From NCBI GenBank assembly GCA_038063715.1, contig JBBTUO010000007.1, positions 1,540 to 65,539 on the forward strand: a stretch of DNA of 64,000 bases. Reading direction: 5' to 3'. Positions 1-9,185 of this stretch are shown piece after piece (positions within the stretch are counted from its first letter, which is position 1; the number at the start of each line of letters is the position of its first letter). Source of the DNA: Patescibacteria group bacterium. Its GTDB lineage: Bacteria > Patescibacteriota > Minisyncoccia > Phycocordibacterales > SIBU01. Under the pieces are notes generated by a model. The model saw only the letters and a list, made by a program, of their open reading frames with translations, was not told where the DNA came from and did no database searches. The position numbers were made by a program, and so were the translations under genes.

Positions 1-1
1 C

Positions 2-667
2 GAGATTGTTACCGGAACTGTTCAGCGAATGGAACGTGGCAATATTTTTGTCGATATGGGTCGCACCACCGGTATTCTTCCTTTTGAGGAGCAGATTCCG
101 GGCGAACGCTACAAACAAGGCGAGCGTGTTCGTGCATATCTCTATAGAGTGGAAGAAACCCCTCGCGGGATTTTCTTGAAACTTTCCCGTTCACACCCAA
201 AATTCATGGAGGAGCTTTTCAAAATTGAGGCCCCAGAAATTGCCAACAAGACCGTTGAAATCAAAGCTGTGGCTCGCGAAGCCGGCTCTCGCACCAAAGT
301 GGCGGCGGTTTCCCACGATTCTCACATTGATCCTGTCGGTTCTCTTGTCGGTCAGCGAGGTGTTCGTGTTTCAACTGTCATGAGTGAGCTCGGTGGAGAA
401 AAAATCGATATTATTGAATGGTCAGCCGATCAGAAAAAATTTGTTGAGGATGCACTCTCCCCAGCCAAAGTAATTTCTGTTGTTTTGAGAGAAGATGAAC
501 ACAAGGCCGAGGTAACCGTAGCCGAGGACCAGCAATCGCTTGCTATTGGCAAGGGTGGCCAGAATGTCCGACTCGCAGCCAAGCTTACCGGTTGGAAAAT
601 TGATATTAAAAGCGGTGGTGGCGAAATAGTTGCGGAAGTGGCACCAGAAGAAACAGCAAAAAATTAG
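2..667 (+). CDS. nusA: Transcription termination/antitermination factor NusA, C-terminal part (5' end lies outside the window)
   Basis: Frame is open from position 2 (EIVTGTVQRMERGNIFVDMG...). S1-like segment followed by two KH-like segments (IGKGGQNVRLAAKLTGWKIDIKS), typical of NusA. A terminator follows. Confidence 0.8.
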   Translation, partial: EIVTGTVQRMERGNIFVDMGRTTGILPFEEQIPGERYKQGERVRAYLYRVEETPRGIFLKLSRSHPKFMEELFKIEAPEIANKTVEIKAVAREAGSRTKVAAVSHDSHIDPVGSLVGQRGVRVSTVMSELGGEKIDIIEWSADQKKFVEDALSPAKVISVVLREDEHKAEVTVAEDQQSLAIGKGGQNVRLAAKLTGWKIDIKSGGGEIVAEVAPEETAKN

Positions 668-674
668 GCTAAAT

Positions 675-707
675 GCCGGCGGGGCCTGGCCCCGCCGGCA
701 TTTGTTG
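675..707 (+). terminator. Rho-independent terminator after nusA
   Basis: GCCGGCGGGG-cctgg-CCCCGCCGGC hairpin followed by ATTTGTTG. Confidence 0.6.
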
Positions 708-761
708 AAAAATAAGAAGTGCTATATTATCATTTTGTCTATTAGAAATAATAATTAACAT

Positions 762-2756
762 ATGAGTACAGGAATCACTTTCTCTCTAATCTCAGCCTTC
801 GTAGCAATCGTATACGGACTTATTCTAACCAAAATAATTCTTAAAAAAGGCAAGGGTGGAATTCGAATGCAAGAAATCTCTCAAGCAATCGAGATTGGTG
901 CCAAAACATACCTCAATCGCCAGTACAAAACCATAGCACCGATAGCGATTCTATTGTTTATAGTACTTTGGTATCTATTAAATCTAACGACTGCAGTTGG
1001 TTTCCTTGTGGGGGCATTGCTTTCTGCTCTTGCAGGATATGTTGGTATGAATGTTTCTGTACGAGCAAATGTTCGCACCGCTGAGGCCGCCAAAACAAGT
1101 CTAGCCGAAGCTTTGTCTGTCGCGTTTAAGGGTGGATCTGTTACCGGCCTTTTAGTTGTTGGCCTCGCACTCCTAGGTGTTGCCGGTTTTTATGCGGTCA
1201 CTCACGATGTCAAAGCGCTCATCGGCCTTTCCTTCGGTGCCAGCCTTATTTCCGTTTTTGCCAGATTGGGTGGAGGAATATTTACAAAAGCGGCTGATGT
1301 TGGAGCCGACCTTGTCGGTAAAGTTGAAGCCGGTATTCCCGAGGACGACCCAAGAAACCCAGCCGTGATCGCAGACAATGTTGGAGACAATGTTGGTGAC
1401 TGTGCTGGTATGGCCGCCGACCTTTTTGAAACTTATGCTGTCACGACAGTCGCAGCGATGCTTCTTGGCCACTTACTTTTCCCAGATTTTGATGGTGCCC
1501 TTGTTTACCCACTAGTACTCGGTGGTGTTGCAATTGTCGCCTCAATCGTCGGCACATGGTTTGTCCGCCTTGGAAAATCAGGAAACATTATGTCTGCACT
1601 ATATAAAGGACTTGTTGCATCGGGAATTTTGGCCGCAGCAGCATTTTACCCTATCACCACACAGTTAATGGCTGGTAACGGACTCTACACTCCTTTCGCA
1701 ATATTCATTTGTAGTATTGTCGGACTTGTTGTTACCGGACTTCTAGTAATGATTACCGAATATTACACATCAACGGAATATGCTCCTGTAAAATCAATCG
1801 CTAAAGCATCAGAATCCGGACACGGCACAAACGTGATTCAAGGTTTAGCAATTTCGCTCAAATCAACAGCACTCCCTCTTCTTGTGATTGTTGCTTCAAT
1901 TATTGTTTCCTATCACTACGCCGGTCTTTACGGTATTGCAATTGCGGCAGTTTCAATGCTTTCAATGTCCGGTATTATTGTCGCCATTGATGCATACGGT
2001 CCTATTACCGACAACGCTGGAGGTATTGCCGAAATGTCCAATCTTCCTGAAGAGGTTCGCGTAATTACTGATGCTCTTGATGCCGTAGGTAACACCACTA
2101 AAGCAGTGACTAAAGGCTACGCTATCGGATCGGCCGGTTTAGCAGCATTGGTCCTTTTTGCATCGTACACTCAAGAGTTTGCAGAGCTCGGAAAAACTTT
2201 GGTGTTCACACTTGAGGATCCAAGGGTAATTGTTGGACTATTCCTCGGAGGATTACTACCTTATTACTTTGCAGCCCTTTCAATGGAATCGGTTGGCAAG
2301 GCTGCCGGCGCGGTTGTTGAAGAAGTTCGCCGACAGTTCCGAGAAATCAAAGGCATCATGGAAGGTACGGGGAAACCGGATTACGCGCGCTGTGTTGATA
2401 TCGTTACTCAAGCCGCGATCAAGGAGATGATTTTGCCAGCGTTGATTCCGGTTGTTGCACCGATTCTCGTTGGATTTATTTTAGGACCGGAAGCACTCGG
2501 AGGACTTCTTGTGGGAAGTATTGTCACCGGGCTCTTCGTCGCTATTTCAATGACCTCGGGCGGTGGAGCATGGGACAATGCAAAAAAGTATATTGAAAAG
2601 GGTAATCATGGTGGCAAGGGTGGAGCTGCACACAAAGCGGCGGTCACAGGAGATACTGTTGGCGACCCTTACAAAGATACAGCTGGTCCTGCCATAAACC
2701 CAATGATTAAAATATTAAACATTGTGGCGTTACTTATGGTGAGTCTGCTAGTTTAA
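762..2756 (+). CDS. hppA: Membrane-bound H+/Na+-translocating pyrophosphatase
   Basis: 664-aa polytopic protein with the characteristic motifs [41 protein letters not shown] and a [18 protein letters not shown] tail. Confidence 0.9.
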   Translation: MSTGITFSLISAFVAIVYGLILTKIILKKGKGGIRMQEISQAIEIGAKTYLNRQYKTIAPIAILLFIVLWYLLNLTTAVGFLVGALLSALAGYVGMNVSVRANVRTAEAAKTSLAEALSVAFKGGSVTGLLVVGLALLGVAGFYAVTHDVKALIGLSFGASLISVFARLGGGIFTKAADVGADLVGKVEAGIPEDDPRNPAVIADNVGDNVGDCAGMAADLFETYAVTTVAAMLLGHLLFPDFDGALVYPLVLGGVAIVASIVGTWFVRLGKSGNIMSALYKGLVASGILAAAAFYPITTQLMAGNGLYTPFAIFICSIVGLVVTGLLVMITEYYTSTEYAPVKSIAKASESGHGTNVIQGLAISLKSTALPLLVIVASIIVSYHYAGLYGIAIAAVSMLSMSGIIVAIDAYGPITDNAGGIAEMSNLPEEVRVITDALDAVGNTTKAVTKGYAIGSAGLAALVLFASYTQEFAELGKTLVFTLEDPRVIVGLFLGGLLPYYFAALSMESVGKAAGAVVEEVRRQFREIKGIMEGTGKPDYARCVDIVTQAAIKEMILPALIPVVAPILVGFILGPEALGGLLVGSIVTGLFVAISMTSGGGAWDNAKKYIEKGNHGGKGGAAHKAAVTGDTVGDPYKDTAGPAINPMIKILNIVALLMVSLLV

Positions 2757-2772
2757 AATACCGATACGAAAA

Positions 2773-2801
2773 CCCCCACGCCGTAGGCGTGGGGGTTTTC
2801 C
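2773..2801 (+). terminator. Rho-independent terminator after hppA
   Basis: CCCCCACGC-cgtag-GCGTGGGGG followed by TTTTCC. Confidence 0.65.
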
Positions 2802-2851
2802 TTTACTAAAACTTCCTCTAGAGTATAATTAAAATTATAATAATCTCTATC

Positions 2852-3226
2852 ATGAATCCTAACGAAGAAAAATTAATCACCGGAACAGAATCGGAAACAC
2901 TGCTTCCTCCCAATAACTCCTCCACAAAAAGCGCAAAAGAATTTATGGCTACCACACCAGCCCACGAACTAGGAAATGTTTTTGGAGCGACTCCAGGCTC
3001 TCAGGTCTGGAAGCCAGAGGCAGCGACCGTAGCCCCGAAAACATGGTCAGCTCCGGAAAAAGAGACTACAAAATTTGTGCCTGTAAAACCTTTAACCGTT
3101 ATGCCGGCATCCGAACCTGCCAATAAGCCAAAAAGGTCAATTCTCAAAATAATCCGAAACATTTTCTTTACTGTACTCATCATTCTTGTCGGTCTATATA
3201 TTTGGGGAGCAATACTTGCGCGCTAG
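2852..3226 (+). CDS. Hypothetical small protein with C-terminal transmembrane anchor
   Basis: 124-aa ORF. Hydrophilic N-terminal part, then a hydrophobic tail (IFFTVLIILVGLYIWGAILA). TATAAT-like box upstream. No recognisable family. Confidence 0.35.
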   Translation: MNPNEEKLITGTESETLLPPNNSSTKSAKEFMATTPAHELGNVFGATPGSQVWKPEAATVAPKTWSAPEKETTKFVPVKPLTVMPASEPANKPKRSILKIIRNIFFTVLIILVGLYIWGAILAR

Positions 3227-3275
3227 CGTAATATCACTATACTAGTGCATGCATTAGTATAATTTTTATATTGGT

Positions 3276-4322
3276 ATGTCTAACCACAAAATAATAAGTG
3301 AGAAAAATTTGCCCGAATCGGAAGTTCAGTTTGATATTGAGATAGACCACCAGACTCTCGCAAAACACCGCACGTCTGGATTAAAAAGGCTTGCTTCAAC
3401 TGTATCGGTGCCAGGCTTTCGTGTTGGCCATGTACCAGAAAATATCGTAGTTCAAAAAGTTGGCGAGCAGGCAATTCTAAAAGAGGCAGCGTACGATGCT
3501 ATTGAAGAAGTGTTACCAGAAATAATAAAAGAGAAAAAAATTTCATCTGTAGGCGAACCCCAGATCTCGATCACTAAACTTGCAACTGGAAATCCTCTCG
3601 TCTTTACATTAGTGCTGTCACTATTTCCAGAAATTAATCTACCTGATTACAAAAAAATCGCGGGCACAGAAAACGCTAAAAAATTAGATGTAGGTGAAGT
3701 CTCTGAAAAAGAAGTAAACGATTTCATTGAAACAGTGCGTAAAAGCTTTGCACACAGCGTAGCGCCGAAGCATGAAGAAACGAAAGAACCTCATGAACAC
3801 CCTCTACCAGAACTGAACGACGAGTTTGTGAAGAAACTTGGTAACTTTAAGGATGTAGCCGATTTTAAAACAAAAATAAAAGAAAACCTCGGGCACGAAA
3901 AAACCCAAAAGGCCAAGGACAAGAAACGCCTCACCCTAGTCGAGGGCATCTTGGATAAAACCAAAATTACTGTACCAAAAGCGCTGATTGAAAATGAGCT
4001 AGTAAAAATGTTGGCACGGTTTCATGATGATGTAACGCGCATGGGAATGACCATGCCGGATTACTTGAAACAGATCAAAAAAACTGAGGATGACTTGAGG
4101 AAGGACTGGCGCAAAGATGCCGAGAAGCATGCCAAGCTTCAGCTCGTTCTAAGCTCAATCGCCGATAAAGAAAAAATTGAGGCTCCGGAAAACGAGGTAG
4201 GGCAGGAGGTGAAACACCTTACCGACGAACACAAAAATGTTGATCCTGTCCGTGCACGCGCCTACGTCACAATGATGCTCATCAACGAAAAAGTATTCGC
4301 ATTTCTGGAAGACCAGAAATAA
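3276..4322 (+). CDS. tig: Trigger factor-like chaperone (short form)
   Basis: The N-terminal ribosome-binding region (VPGFRVGHVPENIVVQKVGEQAILKEAAYDAIEEVL) resembles the tig signature GFRxGxxP. At 348 aa it is shorter than canonical trigger factor, so the PPIase domain is probably absent. Confidence 0.6.
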   Translation: MSNHKIISEKNLPESEVQFDIEIDHQTLAKHRTSGLKRLASTVSVPGFRVGHVPENIVVQKVGEQAILKEAAYDAIEEVLPEIIKEKKISSVGEPQISITKLATGNPLVFTLVLSLFPEINLPDYKKIAGTENAKKLDVGEVSEKEVNDFIETVRKSFAHSVAPKHEETKEPHEHPLPELNDEFVKKLGNFKDVADFKTKIKENLGHEKTQKAKDKKRLTLVEGILDKTKITVPKALIENELVKMLARFHDDVTRMGMTMPDYLKQIKKTEDDLRKDWRKDAEKHAKLQLVLSSIADKEKIEAPENEVGQEVKHLTDEHKNVDPVRARAYVTMMLINEKVFAFLEDQK

Positions 4323-4427
4323 ATAACTAATACCTAATTTCTAATTACCAAATGATGGGTTACCGAGAATCTAATTTGTGGCTTTAAGAATTATTTTAGA
4401 AATTGGAACTTAGAAATTAGAAATTAA

Positions 4428-4465
4428 GGGCGCCGGCAGAGACAATACTGCCGGCGCCCTTCTCG
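4428..4465 (+). terminator. Rho-independent terminator after tig
   Basis: GGGCGCCGGCAG-agacaatact-GCCGGCGCCC followed by TTCTCGCTT. Confidence 0.65.
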
Positions 4466-4980
4466 CTTGCCTAAACCAGGAAGCGGGTGTAGTGTTGTTT
4501 TCAGATCAAATCTTGGTGCGTTTGCCAAGGTTTAAACGCAACCAAACGTTGCACTGTATATGACAAGACTACTAATCTTCCTCATTGACGGACAAACTGG
4601 CGGAGTTGAAGTGGAGTTTGGGCCAGTAAAGGAGATGCGGAAAATGCTCCGAGCCCATCGAACCACAAAGGGCAACAATGCAATCGTGCACGAAGTCCGA
4701 GGCCCAGATATAAATATCAAAGCCCTAGATGTCCTTTGGACACTCCAACATGACCACCTGGAAGGGCGAGGCGAAAAGCCCGGAGGCCTGCAAAATCTGA
4801 TTCTGGACGTCTTCCTTCTTGGCGCCGAAAAAGGCGGAGAAATGCGGGCCGCCCTAAAAACTTCCACACTTCGTGTCGCAGGTGCCAGGATCCCGGGCTG
4901 GCGACGCAGGATTCCACGCTAACCAATAGTTCCTACACTCGCCCCGCTCACCCGAGCCGGGGCTTTTCTTTTGTCCTCAT
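4466..4980 (+). ncRNA. Candidate structured non-coding RNA region (identity unresolved)
   Basis: GC-elevated ~500-nt block. Overlapping ORFs on both strands (4560..4922 +, 4532..4867 -) with non-protein-like composition. Several local hairpins (GGTGCGTTT...AAACGCAACC, GCAAC-caaac-GTTGC). Ends in the hairpin GCCCCG...CGGGGC followed by TTTTCTTTT. A P4-like complementarity exists (GAAAAGCCCGG at ~4778 vs CCCGGGCTGG at ~4896), but the spacing is too short for RNase P. Confidence 0.25.
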
Positions 4981-4998
4981 AACCCTATTTTCTCTGTC

Positions 4999-5034
4999 TA
5001 CATAAATATTACGCTATAGCGTAATATTTATGTA
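4999..5034. repeat. Perfect 36-bp palindrome TACATAAATATTACGCTA|TAGCGTAATATTTATGTA (family core TACGCTATAGCGTA)
   Basis: Read directly from the sequence. Same core as the palindromes at 6964-7001 and 7589-7626. Confidence 0.85.
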
Positions 5035-5122
5035 TCTCCCTTTTTAAAAGGGCTGAATTGCAAGAAAATAAAATTAACATTCCGTCCATCAATCACATTG
5101 GTTAGTCTTTTCTTTCAAAACT

Positions 5123-5878
5123 CTAAGATTTCGGACACATGTCCCACATGTAATGAAACCATGTACGAAACGAGTCGGCCAAATTTTTATTTACAATAAC
5201 CGTAAATGTAATCTCTTCATCCGTTCCGATTTTTCCAATATATAAATGATGCAAAATATTTACGTGATCACCAAATATATCAACGCCTGAAGTGGTGGCA
5301 TATTTCTTCGGCAGAAATTTATAATGCTTTCCCACAGACCCGATAATCGGGTGTTTACTTTCTTTCACATCGTAATCAAACAAGTGGTGCATCTCAATTT
5401 TCCTACGCTTCATTTGTTCAAGAAACCCAGGGACAAATGATTTTACCCGATCATCTAGCCATGCTCCTTGTGCGGCAATAGAATAAAAAGGTTCACCGGT
5501 TTTTATAATATCTCTCATGTACTGCTTCCAACCCTCCTTCCCTTTGTATGTGCGCACTTGGTATTCCTCCGGCCGAGAAAAGTGTAATTTTTGCAATTCA
5601 GGCATCGCTGTGTCGAGCGCTTCAAATTTTTCCGCCAGCACCTCCGAGAGTTTTGTTGGCTCAACCGCCTGATACTTGTTTTCAAAAGACTCGACTATTT
5701 CAATGGCCAAGCCTTTTTCCATCAAGCGCTGTAAAGAATCGTACACATTCCTTCTGTGTACACCGGATTTTTTAGAAATGATCCCAACCCCCTGTTCCCC
5801 CATTTCAAGTAGGGTTTCGTATATTTTGGCCTCATTTTTAGCCAATCCTAGGCTCTGAAACAACTCTGTGTATTTCAT
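5123..5878 (-). CDS. TrmB-family transcriptional regulator (paralog 1)
   Basis: N-terminal wHTH LGLAKNEAKIYETLLEMGEQGVGIISKKSGVHRRNVYDSLQRLMEKGL, typical of TrmB. The C-terminal part is similar to paralogs at 13625-14362 and 24827-25642. Confidence 0.7.
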   Translation of the reverse strand: MKYTELFQSLGLAKNEAKIYETLLEMGEQGVGIISKKSGVHRRNVYDSLQRLMEKGLAIEIVESFENKYQAVEPTKLSEVLAEKFEALDTAMPELQKLHFSRPEEYQVRTYKGKEGWKQYMRDIIKTGEPFYSIAAQGAWLDDRVKSFVPGFLEQMKRRKIEMHHLFDYDVKESKHPIIGSVGKHYKFLPKKYATTSGVDIFGDHVNILHHLYIGKIGTDEEITFTVIVNKNLADSFRTWFHYMWDMCPKS

Positions 5879-6009
5879 ATATACCCACTATATACCGTCC
5901 TTTTGTTTTTGTAAAGGTGGTAACTCCCACTCGTGAGTGATATTTGCCACTCTTAAATAAAGGTATAGAGTGCCTTTCAGACAGAAACAATAAAAGAGAA
6001 AGTAGTCCT

Positions 6010-6543
6010 ATGAAACGAAATGATAATGAATTCAGCTTGTTCCTTGATAACGCGATATTCGCCAAGTATACCCGGAATAACACCTTTGCTAGAAAAATAG
6101 AGTGTGATCAGGCCAATGTGAGCCGCTGGCGGAGAGGTCTTCTTTTTCCACCAATTGTAAAACTCCCTATCATCGCAAAGGTGCTCAAAATTAGCCTCAA
6201 AGAACTCACACGCTTGTGGAAAACGCAAAAATATCCTGGATCAGCCACTGCTCATGAAAAAGTATCTGGATCATGTAAAGTGAAAGCTCGCTTGCTTCTT
6301 CACTTCTACGATGGGGAAAAGTTTCTGGGCCAAACGTTTCCAGAAGTCGAGGTGGCAAGTTGGGACGACCTGCAACAAGTGGTGATTGAAACCTACCCAG
6401 GCACAAAACGGAACCTTGATGGTATTCCGACCAAATTCTCGGGTGTTCCGATCTTGCTTCAACTACCCTCGTTGCGTGAAGGCTACGGCCCCAACACGAC
6501 CGTTCGAGTAATGCAGGTAATTCCAATGTCAAACCAAAACTGA
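6010..6543 (+). CDS. XRE-like helix-turn-helix domain protein
   Basis: HTH-like segment FAKYTRNNTFARKIECDQANVSRWRRG. The ATG at 6010 is the likely start; the ORF track begins at 5944. Confidence 0.5.
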   Translation: MKRNDNEFSLFLDNAIFAKYTRNNTFARKIECDQANVSRWRRGLLFPPIVKLPIIAKVLKISLKELTRLWKTQKYPGSATAHEKVSGSCKVKARLLLHFYDGEKFLGQTFPEVEVASWDDLQQVVIETYPGTKRNLDGIPTKFSGVPILLQLPSLREGYGPNTTVRVMQVIPMSNQN

Positions 6544-6551
6544 AAAACCGT

Positions 6552-6827
6552 ATGAAATTTATAAAAGAATACGCTTGCTTTGTTCTCATGGTGTTTCTAG
6601 CGGGTCGGTCATTGTATAAAGCGTTGTTACCTTCTGCTTTGATAAATCAGGAAGGTTTAGGTAGTCAGGCACTCTGGTTTGCAACCGCTCTCGCATGCTC
6701 CCTCACCGCGATATTCTGCGCCTTCACAAGTGCGCTATACAAAGTTATCGATGATGAAAAGAAAGAGCGCGCGCAAAATGCAGGAAACAATGCACCCTCG
6801 CGTCAGAAATCGAACATGCGCGAATAA
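6552..6827 (+). CDS. Hypothetical small membrane protein
   Basis: 91-aa ORF with two hydrophobic segments, immediately after the HTH gene. A terminator-like hairpin follows (~6843-6875). Confidence 0.3.
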   Translation: MKFIKEYACFVLMVFLAGRSLYKALLPSALINQEGLGSQALWFATALACSLTAIFCAFTSALYKVIDDEKKERAQNAGNNAPSRQKSNMRE

Positions 6828-6963
6828 GGTAAAAGTAAAACTAACAATAGGCGACCAGCAATGGCCGCCTTTTCTTTTATGCCGACAGAATGTACATCCC
6901 CCACTACACTCTATCTCCTGTTCCCTGTTCCTACCCCCTATCCACAGACCTCTATTTTCCTAC

Positions 6964-7001
6964 ATACATAAATCTTACGCTATAGCGTATAATTTATGTA
7001 T
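6964..7001. repeat. Imperfect ~38-bp palindrome ACATAAATCTTACGCTA|TAGCGTATAATTTATGT, overlapping the start codon of the downstream gene
   Basis: Core TACGCTATAGCGTATAATTT is identical to the downstream copy at 7601-7620. The ATG at 7000 lies in the right arm. Confidence 0.8.
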
Positions 7002-7566
7002 GGGAAAAATTGAAGAAGAATATCGCAAAAGACGCCGTAATGCCGAGATTCAGAAAGTTGTTCTTGGAACAATTGCGGTAGCGGGTGGTTTGAGCGTTTC
7101 CCTGCTGGCGCCGAATGCTCTGCAAGCATTAAAGATGCTTGGATTCAAAACAACTCGGCGAATTGAGTCAATAAAAGAAGCAAAAACGCGTCTGATCAGA
7201 GCTGGATTAATTTCTTACAACGGCAATGTTCTTTCACTGACGGCGAAAGGTGAAACAAAATTGTCCCTGCTGGAGCTAAATGAATATAAAATAAAAAAAC
7301 CGAAACGGTGGGACAAAAAATGGCGAGTTTTAATTTTTGATATCAGTGAGAGCAGAAAAACTTTGCGGGATAAGGTCAGAAGGACATTAATCGCCGTAGG
7401 TTTTATTCGACTTCAAGATAGCGTCTGGGTTTATCCCTATGACTGCGAAGATTTAATTGCTCTACTAAAGACTGATTTCAAAATCGGCAAGGAGTTGTTG
7501 TATATGATTGTCGACAGCATAGAAAACGACGAAATAATCAAAGAACAATTCGGCAGTATAAGTTAA
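7000..7566 (+). CDS. wHTH-like + Cas2/VapD-like domain protein (paralog 1), not in a CRISPR context
   Basis: 188 aa. The C-terminal half (KKWRVLIFDISESRKTLRDKVRRTLIAVGFIRLQDSVWVYPYDCEDLIALLK...LLYMIVD) resembles the Cas2 motif pattern (vLvvYDvs..krR.kv.k.L...G.RvQ.SVf.c.l). The N-terminal ~100 aa is basic and helix-rich (LLAPNAL...). The 295-aa ORF-track version, with its N-terminal extension through a terminator and palindrome, is rejected. Confidence 0.55.
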   Translation: MGKIEEEYRKRRRNAEIQKVVLGTIAVAGGLSVSLLAPNALQALKMLGFKTTRRIESIKEAKTRLIRAGLISYNGNVLSLTAKGETKLSLLELNEYKIKKPKRWDKKWRVLIFDISESRKTLRDKVRRTLIAVGFIRLQDSVWVYPYDCEDLIALLKTDFKIGKELLYMIVDSIENDEIIKEQFGSIS

Positions 7567-7588
7567 TATGAAAGCATCAAAAACCAAT

Positions 7589-7626
7589 ATACAGAAATTA
7601 TACGCTATAGCGTATAATTTCTGTAT
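7589..7626. repeat. Perfect 38-bp palindrome ATACAGAAATTATACGCTA|TAGCGTATAATTTCTGTAT
   Basis: Read directly. Third member of the TACGCTATAGCGTA family, 23 bp downstream of the wHTH-Cas2-like gene. Confidence 0.85.
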
Positions 7627-7687
7627 ATAATGTGTGGATGGATGCGGGCCTAAATTAAGCAGAACGCCTCCAATACAGTTTGAACTT

Positions 7688-8383
7688 TTACAATAAGAGG
7701 AGTGAGGCGACGGCGACTGCGGCGGTTTCGGCGCGGAGGATTTGAGTGCCGAGTGATAGGATTGGAATATTTTTTTCGCGAAACATTGCGAGCTCTTGGT
7801 CGGTGAAACCACCTTCTGGGCCGATGAATATGACGAGAGATTCATGATTTAGGATTTTAGATTCATGAAAGGAGGTGCCAGAGGGATCGAATGCAACTGC
7901 TGGAGCGGGTAGATCCGATAACGCTTTTTCTAGTGAAACCGGCTCAGAAAGTGTCGGTGCGATTCCCCTACCCGACTGTTCAGAAGATTCACGGACAATT
8001 TTTCCGGCACGAATAACATTAAACTTTTTCAAAATAGTTCTTTGAGTGGTCATCGGGCAAAAATGTGAAACGCCCAGCTCAGTCCCCTTTTCCAGAATCC
8101 ACTCAAATTTATCTGGCTTGATCAGCGACTGAAACAAAAAGATTTCTGACTTCGGTGCAAACATATTCTTTCTTTTTTCGAGAATCACTAGCTCCGCTTT
8201 TAAATAAGTAAGCTCGGTAAATTGCGCGGTGTATTCAAAACCGGAATTATCAAAAAGAATAACCGAACTTCCGGTGTTAAGCCGAAGGACATGTCGCCAC
8301 TGACTGAGCAAATCCGACCCCTCGATTGTGATGTGGTGCTGATCACCAATTGTCTGTTCTATAAAAAAATTGTGAAGTCGCAT
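7688..8383 (-). CDS. rsmE: 16S rRNA (uracil1498-N3)-methyltransferase RsmE
   Basis: C-terminal motif FIGPEGGFTDQELAMFREKNIPILSLGTQILRAETAAVAVASL, typical of RsmE. The start is probably MRLHNFF at 8383 rather than the ORF-track 8446. Confidence 0.75.
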   Translation of the reverse strand: MRLHNFFIEQTIGDQHHITIEGSDLLSQWRHVLRLNTGSSVILFDNSGFEYTAQFTELTYLKAELVILEKRKNMFAPKSEIFLFQSLIKPDKFEWILEKGTELGVSHFCPMTTQRTILKKFNVIRAGKIVRESSEQSGRGIAPTLSEPVSLEKALSDLPAPAVAFDPSGTSFHESKILNHESLVIFIGPEGGFTDQELAMFREKNIPILSLGTQILRAETAAVAVASLLLL

Positions 8384-8476
8384 AATCAAGAGTATATAGT
8401 ATTTTGTATATAGTATGAAGTATTGATAAAAAGAAAAGCCCGACACAGAAGTGCGGGCCTACTAGAAAACTAAACA

Positions 8477-8944
8477 TTAGGACTCCCAACGAAGAACGGC
8501 TTGAATCCGGACACCTCGCTCATCTTCAGCCGCTTGGTCAGTTATTCCCCTCAATTCCAAGGGCATCCAGTTCTCGTCAAACTTTGGTTGCCCGTCATTG
8601 ATGAGTGTGTTGATAGTGAAGAGCAAGGTGGCCACAGCAACTTTTTGCAAAAGAGTCTTACCGGAATCTGCTGAACTCAAGAAGATTGCTGACCACGCGT
8701 TGGTGCCGTGGGTAACAATTGTGGCATCCCGATATTCCCACGCATCAAAATTCTTCCCAAACACACAAATGCGACCGAGAGTCTCGGGGGACATTAAAGC
8801 AACCGCTTGCTTCACATCCAGCATAAAGATCTGCCGAACCACATCTGATGTAATACCCTTGGATTTTCTCTTCTCGAGATAATGTTGGAGACGACGCTTG
8901 CCAACAATATTCGTAGCAAGGTCAACAATATACGATTTTTTCAT
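8477..8944 (-). CDS. Hypothetical protein
   Basis: 155-aa ORF with normal composition and no recognisable motif. Confidence 0.4.
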   Translation of the reverse strand: MKKSYIVDLATNIVGKRRLQHYLEKRKSKGITSDVVRQIFMLDVKQAVALMSPETLGRICVFGKNFDAWEYRDATIVTHGTNAWSAIFLSSADSGKTLLQKVAVATLLFTINTLINDGQPKFDENWMPLELRGITDQAAEDERGVRIQAVLRWES

Positions 8945-9185
8945 TTTTATATCCTTTCAGATATTTCCCGCCACCTTTAGTGGATCGTGCAACCGAGTAA
9001 ATTCGGAAGCGTATCGATGTGAACCCGAAACAGGCTCACTGACGGCCCGGCAAGCTTTCGCAATGACGATAATGACATTGTACATAAAAAACCATGTTTG
9101 TCAAGTATAATAACTGTTACGCTCTCTGTTATACTGATTTATATCCCATTCATAATTCATTATTTCTAATTCATAATTCAACCCC

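Noticed and set aside
4532-4922. ORFs 4560..4922 (+) and 4532..4867 (-) as protein-coding genes
   Set aside because: They are mutually overlapping in a GC-rich block, have Arg/Gly/Pro-heavy composition, and no RBS context. They more likely reflect a structured RNA or non-coding insert.
4466-4980. Calling this region RNase P RNA or tmRNA
   Set aside because: Only a short P4-like complementarity is present with the wrong spacing. There is no GGAAAGUCCGGGCUCC-type CR-I or AGGGUGAAANGGUGCGGUAAGAGCGCACC motif. There is no tRNA-like 3' end or tag-peptide ORF. It is kept only as an unassigned ncRNA candidate.
6679-7566. 295-aa ORF-track version of the Cas2-like gene with long N-terminal extension
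   Set aside because: The extension reads through a terminator-like hairpin and the upstream palindrome, has Pro/Ser/His-rich nonsense composition, and the ATG at 7000 coincides with the palindrome arm as in the paralog.
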